64,000 nt of DNA, taken from contig OX597824.1 of NCBI GenBank assembly GCA_951406725.2, positions 64,046,001 to 64,110,000 of the forward strand. The letters run 5' to 3'. Within the stretch, counting starts at the first letter, position 1, and each line of letters begins with the position of its first letter. The DNA is from Octopus vulgaris (lineage: Eukaryota). This document shows, one piece after another, positions 57,901-64,000 of the stretch. The notes below the pieces were generated by a model that was given only the letters and a program-made list of their open reading frames with translations, was not told the origin of the DNA and ran no database searches. The position numbers and the translations under genes are program-made.

Positions 57901-60900
57901 ACACACATATATATATATATACACACACACATACATACACACATCATCATCGTAACTATCATAGTCATTTAACATTTGTTTTCCATGCTAGCATGGGTTA
58001 GATGGTTTGACAAGAGCTGGTAAGGCCAAGGGCTGCACCAGGCACCATTGTCTGTTTTGCTATGGCTTCTATGGTTGGATGTCGTTCCTAAAACATTCCA
58101 CCTAGTTTCCATCTACTCAGTTTCACACATATGACTTGGAACAACCCAAGGTTAGACATAGACACTTAGCTCAAGCAGAGATTATAGTCAAATGCACTTA
58201 TTTGACCTAAGATGCACAGCAGGATCAAACCAATATTTCCATTATTTTGAAGTATTGTGAATGAACTGCCATGTATGTGAATACATTTAAGTACAAGCAC
58301 TCTAATATACACATACACTAACACACATAAAACAAACACAAACATACACAAAAGCACACATACCATTATCACCATTTAACACACTTCTTCCATGCAGGTG
58401 AATGTTGAGTGGTTCACCGGGAACTGACAAGCTGGAGGACTGCGTTGAGCTGTAGGGTCTGCTTTGGAATGATTTCTATGGCTGGATATCTTTACTAATG
58501 CCAACCACTTTACAGCAGGTACAGGGTGCTTTTTTCAGGACACCAGCACTAGTAAGGTCACCAAGTAATTTGCAAGACAAAGAAAAAAGCCTCTCTTGAC
58601 TGAGTAGGTGACGTAGCAGAGAGAGAGAGAGAGAGTGTGTAGTGACTTTATACAAGACGTTGAGAAGGGAGCAAAATTGTTACTTACCGGAATTGATCCA
58701 GCGAGAAAGATGTGCATCTGAGGCTGATTATCTCTTTTAGTGTTGTCAATAACACTCAACACCACCAAGTTATTGTAAACATCACATTTCTCTGATTTAG
58801 TTATTGCAAAAGGGTTGTAGATGTTTGGTAAAGGAAAGCAATCCAGCATGCTCTAAATATTTAAAAACACGAGAAAGAAAAGAAAAGAGAATAAAAAATA
58901 TTTTTAAAAATATAAATTTAATTTATGAGAAATTAAGTATTTAATTTAGCAATTGATTAATTGTGAAGGTACATGGCTCAGTGGTTAGAGTGTCAGGCTC
59001 ACAATCATGAGGTAGTGAGTTCAATTCCCAGACTGGGCTGTGTATTCTTGAGCAAGACACTATTTCATGTTGCTCCAGTTCACTCAGCTGTGCAAAGGAA
59101 TTATGATGTCTCTGGTGCCAAGTTGTGTCGGCCTTTGCCTTTCCCTTGGATAACATCAGTGGCATGAAGAGGGGAGGCTGGTATGCATGGGTGACTGCTG
59201 GTCTTGCATAAACAACTTTGCGTAAACATTGTACTATGAGGGTAATTTTCTAGGTGCAATACCATGGTCATTCATGACCGAAGGAGTTTTTTTACCCTGA
59301 TTAATTCATCTAATATTCTGAGTTTTTTTTTATTTGTTGTTGACACTTTCTTTTATATTGTGTTCCTTGAATGTGAAATTATGGTTTTAGTTTATTGCTC
59401 CTAGTTTTTTTTTTTTAATACTGCATTGAGACCTACTGATTTAATCTTGTGCTATCCCTCTGTGGTGTCTGCATGCCCTGTCTGGGAGAGATCATGCTCA
59501 TACTAAAAAACTTGACCCAGTGTCGAAAAACGTTTACTGTCTATCACTGGTTGCATTAAACCCCCACCAACACCAACAACCAGCTCCTTCTCACTGGTAT
59601 TGCCCTTGCTGATATCAGACAGAAGTGTCCAGTCAATGATGAAATGACAAAGGCTACTAGTAATGAATGCCACCTCCTCCATGGATGTCAACCTCCTAAC
59701 CGACAACTGAAGTCAAGAAGCTTTTTCAGCAATGTCCAAATCCTAACAAAATCACAGGAAAGAACCAGACTCCAACTTTGGGTGGGAAAGCTTGAAAATA
59801 GTCCTCCTTCAATCAAGACAGGAATTACTCCTGCTGAAGACCACCTTCCTGGTTCAGAAGCACTATGGAAGCAGTGAAAGACACTCAACTACCTGAGGAT
59901 AATCAAAAATTGCTTTAATCAAATGGAGACTACAAGACTGGCCCAGCTATCTGTGAATGTGGACAAACAGACCATACTATGGAAAACTACTTTGTCTGCA
60001 TGCTACAGCCCAATCCCTGCAGCTCAAAAGGCCTTGAAGAGCTCAATAAAAATGCAAAGGACTGCATAAAGAAATGCAAAATCACTATATAACCACTATG
60101 CCTCAAAGAATTAAAAGAAGTACACCTAATAATTAATAATCTATTTTTTGCTTATTTGCTTCCTATTTATTTTTTCCATTTTTAGTTATTAATGTTTTAT
60201 CAAGATCCATAATATTAAAATTATTCTAATTAATAAATTAGAATGTAACAGTCAATCAATTTAATTAGTTTAAAACTCTTAAAAGAGAGATAAATTGAAT
60301 TAACTACTTGGTGTTTGACCAAACCATAAGTATCCACCAATTCTTACAACGATATTTGATTATTCAGTTTTCATAACAATAAATAATGGTAAGCAATACC
60401 TCCTCAGTGCACCTATTCAAAACTACATGAACAGGAGCCAATGAGAAAGCCTCTGCCTACTAGAAATAGCAGCCAAATCATCTGCAAATCACACCCTACC
60501 ATCATTAATAAGACAGTACATATTGGAGAATGAGATCACAGACATACATAGACGTGATATTTTTGATCAGGAGTCTGCTCAACCAGGGTTGACCTGAGGA
60601 AGACCAACAGGAAAGAAGTACATTGTATTTGGACAGTTGCCGCAGAAGGGTATTGGATATGGACACAGTCAACACGGATGTTACACATTGACTGATCAAT
60701 TATCTTAGAATATCCTACTAGTAAAAATAGTGGGATTAATTAGATCAACCATTGATACTACAATAACAGCAACAGGACTGACCATGGATATGGCATGGCT
60801 AGAGGTACTACAATATAAGTAACAGAAATAACCCTGGATATTGCAAAGCCAATAATAGCATTGGCAATAAATATTGCAATGCTAATCACAGGATTGGTCG

Positions 60901-61464
60901 TAGATATTGCAATACCAATAACAAGATTGGTCATAGATCATACAATGCCAGTAATAAGACAGGTCATAGATCATTAAAATGCCAGTAGTAAGAATGGTCA
61001 TAGACCGAACAATGTCAGTAATATAACTGGAAAAACAATTGTAAATTAGTTGGTGGAAGTAGTACTTATTTTATCACCCCCGAAAGGATGAAAGGCAAAG
61101 TTGATCTCAGTGGTATTTGAACTGAGAATGTCAAAACAAAGTGCTGCTAAGCATTTCACATGGCATGCTAACAATTCTGCAAGCTCACTGCCTTTATATG
61201 ATTTCATATTAAAATACAAAACTGTTAAAGAAAATCTGTCATGAAAATAGTGGAAAACCAATTCTGTGAAGATGCCTAAATAGATTATAAAAGAAATTTT
61301 CAGTAAAGGGAATGAGTTTTAATCTTCCGTACTTACTTCAGTGCCTTTTTCCTTAATTATTAAATGGTTTCTTTCTATAGCTAGTGTGCATTTCATTGTC
61401 CATATTCCACTTGTGTTTGCCATTGTAGACAACTTTGCAACACCAGCTTCAGGATTATGCGTTT
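27395..61464 (-). CDS. EPS8: EPS8-family adaptor (EGFR kinase substrate 8-like; PTB + central EPS8 region + SH3), 13 exons in window, 5' and 3' ends incomplete
   Basis: Manual splicing gives 1451 nt of open frame, all introns GT-AG with matching phases. The translation carries EPS8 signature blocks [62 protein letters not shown] and an SH3 ([21 protein letters not shown]). Confidence 0.93.
27850..28225 (+). mobile_element. RTE-associated SINE or LINE 3' UTR with internal subrepeats and (GAT)n tail (copies at about 32040-32700, 40630-40940, 43000-43230; inverted at 51150-51660)
   Basis: Repeated aaaagcaccatccgaacgtggccgatgccag units, then ggagtggttggcgttaggaagggcatccagctgtagaaac...ggacgttaaacgatgatgat. 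Confidence 0.78.
28596..29500 (+). mobile_element. Mariner transposase relic
   Basis: Remnants [34 protein letters not shown] and VITGNES (TGDE motif) with stops and frameshifts; TIR-like start tacatggtctgatcaataagtatc. Confidence 0.8.
30458..30785 (+). mobile_element. tRNA-derived SINE (further copies at about 44005-44360, 50612-50925, 58964-59298)
   Basis: gaaggcgcatggctcagtggttagagc A-box head, a B-box-like segment, and a shared body ending catgaccgaagg in four copies. Confidence 0.8.
31059..31134 (-). CDS. EPS8: EPS8 exon, SH3 N-half ([25 protein letters not shown])
   Basis: tcttgcAG / GTAAGT, 76 nt, phase 2/0; N.KELTV.KGE.LE motif. Confidence 0.92.
31620..32700 (+). mobile_element. RTE LINE 3' relic continuing into the (GAT)n-tailed repeat (inverted relic at about 34670-35075)
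   Basis: [17 protein letters not shown]...[17 protein letters not shown] remnant. Confidence 0.7.
33045..33395. repeat. Large imperfect palindrome with decayed HHR-like cores
   Basis: Arms mirror each other (ttgccaaataaacacacac / gtgtgtgtttatttggcaa; ttgtctggaaatctt / aagatttccagacaa); CTGAAGA-GGTCACA..TGTGAC starts at 33247. Confidence 0.65.
35820..35924 (-). CDS. EPS8: EPS8 exon preceding SH3 ([35 protein letters not shown])
   Basis: aaacAG / GTAAGT, 105 nt, phase 2/2. Confidence 0.85.
36615..36691 (+). ncRNA. Hammerhead-like motif with degenerate stem II base
   Basis: GTT-CTGATGA...TACCAT[AGGTAAATA/TATTTACCT]ATGGTA...GAAAC-AGCT-GTA-AAC; palindromic helix III loop and GUA triplet. Confidence 0.6.
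37262..37325 (+). ncRNA. Type I hammerhead ribozyme, copy 1 of tandem pair
   Basis: Stem I GUUGCA/UGUAAC, core CUGAAGA, stem II closed by GCA/UGC with an AGAAU/AUUCU hairpin, GAAA, stem III UCA(CAGG)UGA, cleavage triplet AUA (cut after 37319). Confidence 0.82.
37755..37818 (+). ncRNA. Type I hammerhead ribozyme, copy 2 of tandem pair
   Basis: Same fold with core CUGAUGA, GAAA at 37797-37800 and AUA triplet (cut after 37812); stem I extends via GAGUUU/AAAUUC. Confidence 0.85.
37980..38975 (+). mobile_element. RTE-clade LINE, 5'-truncated 3' end with C-terminal C2H2 zinc fingers
   Basis: [11 protein letters not shown]...[21 protein letters not shown]...[12 protein letters not shown]; [10 protein letters not shown]...FE; Cx2C...Hx3-4H fingers; a stop and a frameshift; (TATG)n tail. 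Confidence 0.88.
39401..39447 (-). CDS. EPS8: EPS8 small exon ([15 protein letters not shown])
   Basis: tctaaccAG / GTAAGT, 47 nt, phase 0/2; supplies the phase change needed between the flanking exons. Confidence 0.8.
41278..42170 (+). mobile_element. Tc1/mariner-superfamily DNA transposon, internally deleted, transposase C-half open
   Basis: ORF 41449..42042 with [32 protein letters not shown] and [10 protein letters not shown]; imperfect TIRs (ggtgcaatgggtaaattgtc / gacaattcattcactgcaccctg-TA). Confidence 0.88.
43521..43650 (-). CDS. EPS8: EPS8 exon ([43 protein letters not shown])
   Basis: tatttcAG / GTATGT, 130 nt, phase 2/0; conserved PPY.PRF.NGW motif. Confidence 0.92.
44923..45161 (-). 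CDS. EPS8: EPS8 exon ([23 protein letters not shown]...[25 protein letters not shown])
   Basis: ctgcAG / GTAATG, 239 nt, phase 0/2; lies within ORF 44919..45176. Confidence 0.96.
45600..47145 (-). repeat. Head-to-tail array of the same SINE, interrupted by the Dong fragment
   Basis: Copies at about 45640-45880, 45890-46105, 46135-46222 (partial) and 46930-47143. Confidence 0.72.
46225..46920 (+). mobile_element. R4/Dong-clade non-LTR retrotransposon 3' end (restriction-like endonuclease domain)
   Basis: [11 protein letters not shown]...[22 protein letters not shown]...LIDMTVP...KLSKYKDL...PVVIGALG; short 3' UTR ending in (TAA)n. Confidence 0.88.
48434..48522 (-). CDS. EPS8: EPS8 exon ([30 protein letters not shown])
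   Basis: attacAG / GTAAGG, 89 nt, phase 1/0. Confidence 0.94.
49463..49497 (-). ncRNA. Minimal hammerhead motif, decayed
   Basis: Minus strand GTTT-CTGATGA-A-GAGC(tcc)GCTC-GAAAC-A-TT-AGAT; helix I pairs only with wobbles and helix III is mismatched. Confidence 0.6.
50124..50259 (-). CDS. EPS8: EPS8 exon ([45 protein letters not shown])
   Basis: cttcAG / GTGAGT, 136 nt, phase 0/1; highly conserved EPS8 block. Confidence 0.95.
52196..52243 (+). ncRNA. Degenerate hammerhead-like motif
   Basis: ACAC-CTGATGA...GAAAC-ACT-GTA-GTTGT with a poor stem II; an inverted partial copy (tcatcaggtgtcttatt) lies near 52014-52030. Confidence 0.4.
52599..53027 (+). mobile_element. Non-autonomous Helitron-like element
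   Basis: Starts TC, ends CTAG, inserted between A and T with no TSD; subterminal GC-rich imperfect hairpin (cccaagcaacagcggg); internal (TG)n. Confidence 0.68.
53414..53481 (-). CDS. EPS8: EPS8 exon ([23 protein letters not shown])
   Basis: ttatAG / GTGAGT, 68 nt, phase 1/0; ends in ERD directly before the QLLNH exon, as in EPS8 proteins. Confidence 0.82.
54020..54310 (-). mobile_element. Tc1/mariner transposase C-terminal relic
   Basis: [18 protein letters not shown], the typical Tc1-family C-terminus. Confidence 0.6.
55854..55942 (-). CDS. EPS8: EPS8 exon, proline-rich linker ([29 protein letters not shown])
   Basis: gttacAG / GTAATT, 89 nt, phase 2/1; IPPPP..PAP.PP motif as found after the EPS8 PTB. 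Confidence 0.85.
56107..56327. mobile_element. Mariner-type MITE
   Basis: TIRs ta-caagggggtactgaaaagttcctgg / ccaggaacttttcagcaccccttca-ta, with TA flanks. Confidence 0.75.
57423..57487 (-). CDS. EPS8: EPS8 exon, PTB C-terminal helix ([21 protein letters not shown])
   Basis: ctttacAG / GTAAGG, 65 nt, phase 0/2. Confidence 0.85.
58688..58852 (-). CDS. EPS8: EPS8 exon, PTB domain ([15 protein letters not shown]...YNNLVVLSV...[12 protein letters not shown])
   Basis: tttAG / GTAAGT, 165 nt, phase 0/0; FP...Y.N....V....P.MHIF pattern of the EPS8 PTB. Confidence 0.9.
59460..60090 (+). mobile_element. Degenerate LINE 3' end with Cys-rich C-terminal motif
   Basis: Remnants W..*KTLNYLR and [17 protein letters not shown] resemble the C.CG...T..H...C motif of LINE ORF2 ends. 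Confidence 0.5.
60770..61030 (+). repeat. Degenerate ~32-bp tandem repeat
   Basis: Recurring aacaggattggtcatagatattgcaatgccaata-like units. Confidence 0.6.
61337..61464 (-). CDS. EPS8: EPS8 exon, PTB domain ([42 protein letters not shown])
   Basis: ttacAG acceptor, GTAAGT donor, 128 nt, phase 1 in and 0 out; resembles the EPS8 PTB segment G..KL......G.W. Confidence 0.85.
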
Positions 61465-62040
61465 CTGTAAATAAGCAACAAAAACAAAAGAGAAAAAACA
61501 ATTAGATTCAAAGAAACATGCCAGGACACCTCCAAAGGTTTTAATGGATAATTCTGATACAAGTACTTATTTCAGTTTAGTACTAAATCTCATTGATTTC
61601 TATTTATGAAACAGCCAAGTTACAAGACAAAGTGATGCAATGTGACACATTGGTTTAAATCAGTAAACATAAGCACAAACTTGGATACAGATACACACAT
61701 ATACATTCATACATTTGTTGGGGGAACCAAACATGAGACCCCCATTATTTTTGCTTGCCAGCTGATAAACTGGCATTGACCTTGGTCACCTGGAACACTT
61801 GGATGCTTGCTTAAGAGCTTTCTAAGCCTATCAACCATTCCCCCACACCACCACCACCAGGTCTCAAAAGACTCAATCTTTTACTTGTAAGAGCAGATGA
61901 GATTTTAACTCAAAACAGTCCAAAGTCTGCATCATACTCCAAAGTGTTCTGGCACTGTTTCAACAGCTGAATGTCCTTCTATATGTCAAGCATTTTACAG
62001 TATACTGTGTACTTTTTGTCATGGTGTGGCTGTGTGGATA

Positions 62041-62213
62041 GGCGTAGGAGTGGCTGTGTGGTAAGTAGCTTGCTAACCAACCACATGGTTCCGGGTTCAG
62101 TCCCACTGTGTGGCACCTTGGGTAAGTGTCTGCTACTATAGCCTAGGGCAGACCAAAGCCTTGTGAGTGGATTTGGTAGACAGAAACTGAAAGAAGCCCG
62201 TCGTGTATATATA

Positions 62214-62286
<73 letters not shown>

Positions 62287-62505
62287 ATATGTTTGTGTGT
62301 CTGTGTTTGTTCCCCGCTCCCCAACATCACTTGACATCTGATGCTGGTGTGTTTATGTCCCTGTAACTTAGTGGTTCAGCAAAAGAGACTGATAGAATAA
62401 GTACTAGGCTTACAAAGAATAAGTCCTGGGGTCGATTTGCTCGACTAAAAGGCAGTGCTCCAGCAAGGCCACAGTCAAATGACTGAAACACGTAAAGAGT
62501 AAAGA
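62041..62505 (+). mobile_element. tRNA-derived composite SINE with internal (TA)n (inverted copy at about 44370-44735)
   Basis: ggagtggctgtgtggtaag...ggttcagtccc head; body shared with many partial copies across the window. Confidence 0.75.
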
Positions 62506-64000
62506 GCACCAGCACCACTGAAGGTGTCCTGCAGTATACAGGACTAAAATCCCCTTTATTTGAGAAGGGATACAGCAAACAGGTAAGTAGCTTTATACTA
62601 AGAGATGTTACTGTAGTGGAGTTAGCTGGCTACTTACATTACAGAAGAGTAAGGGTAACTGGGAAGGCAACTGAAGGGGGGGGGGTAGAAAGTAAGATAA
62701 AATAGTGCCAATGAAGTGCCAGGGTAGATCTTGGAGATACAAGAAGGTGAATAAAAGTAGTGACAGAAGAGCAGGAAGTGTGGGTGGGGAGAAGTTGCAA
62801 GTGTGCATGGGGAGAGTGAGTGAGGGATGGGGAAGGATTGAGGTGGCAAATATAATGAATGAAGAACAATGGCCAAGGGCCAGCTGCTTATAAATACACA
62901 TTGGAAGAAAGATAGGGAAGACTAGGTGACTGTAGAGATTGGGTAGGGTCAAGAGTTTAAAGTATTAAATAGTGAACAGGATGAAGGGGTGATCAATGAT
63001 ATGATTTGGGGTGAGGGAGCTGGGAGAGTGTAGACCATGACTGACAGTACAGAATGGAGTGAAGTGTCCCAGAATAGTAATAATGATAATACAATAAACA
63101 AGGGATATAAAAGGCAAAGCTGACCATGACAGAATTTAAACTCAGAGTGTAAAGAATCTGAAGAAATACCATTATGCATTTTCTCTGAAGCATTAACGAT
63201 TCTGCTAGTTCACTGGCATAACAATAATAATAATAAATAATAATGTCTTGGTATGAAAGATGGACTACAGCAAATATTCTGCTATATACCACAGATTTGC
63301 TTATCTGTTGCTTGACCATAACCAGTTGAACATGTCCCTTGGTGGCTGACGACATGTGCATCTCTGATCATGTGCAGAAGTAGTGAGGGAGCATCATTGC
63401 CATGTGTTGAGAGGAATTCTTTGGGGTTTAAATAATTCACCTCTAGAAACATGGGTGTTTCAGTCAACATCCTTAAACAACCCTTATTCAGGGGCTTTTT
63501 GAGTGGGTTAGGCTACTCAACCTGAAGAAAATTCTAACTGGACCCCACTTGCAAGATCATGCGCGTTTTATCTTGATATGAAATCACCATGTCACACATA
63601 TATAGTTGTGATGCCGGAGCTTGGTATATCCTTATCAAATGGATAAGGGTATACTGGGCTTCATATATTTTACCTCAATGTCACTTTGATGGCATGCACT
63701 ACCCTCTCATTCAATAATGTGTACCCTTATCAGACGGGTAGTCATGATGGGTATACTGGGCTTCATATATTTTACCCCAGTGTCACTTTGATGGCATGCA
63801 CTGCTCCCTCACTCAATAATAATAATGAGCAAATTACAAAAGATCCTATTTATGGGTACCTCACATATTTCATGTAAATTCCTCTCTAAGTGAAAACAAC
63901 CTTACTCTGAGGTTCTTTTTTTTTTTCTCCAACAGAAATCAGTATTTTCATTTGCATGAGGCCGTTAGCATCTTTAGATGCAAAACCTTGTTGTCCCATG

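Overview
AT-rich, (TA)n/(CA)n-rich, repeat-dense metazoan DNA. The repeat families suggest a coleoid cephalopod, probably Octopus (inference). Most of the window is one minus-strand gene of the EPS8 family. I traced 13 GT-AG exons with consistent phase from 61464 down to 27395 (1451 nt): PTB domain, Pro-rich linker, EPS8 central helical region and SH3. The 5' exons lie beyond the right edge and the 3' end is unresolved; I found no SAM/actin-effector exons. Introns hold LINE fragments (RTE, R4/Dong, CR1/Jockey-like), Tc1/mariner relics, piggyBac-type MITEs, a non-autonomous Helitron and tRNA-derived SINEs. The most notable signal is a set of hammerhead-ribozyme (HHR) folds from several unrelated non-coding repeat families, mostly in inverted or tandem arrangements typical of Penelope-like elements and retrozymes. 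Two complete type I HHRs 493 nt apart (37262-37325, 37755-37818) would excise a 493-nt monomer RNA. A third, core-intact HHR lies on the EPS8 sense strand (25966-26048), paired with a core-mutated inverted copy. Almost all ORFs in the supplied track are microsatellite or repeat artefacts. Exon and HHR coordinates were read base by base; most mobile-element boundaries are approximate.
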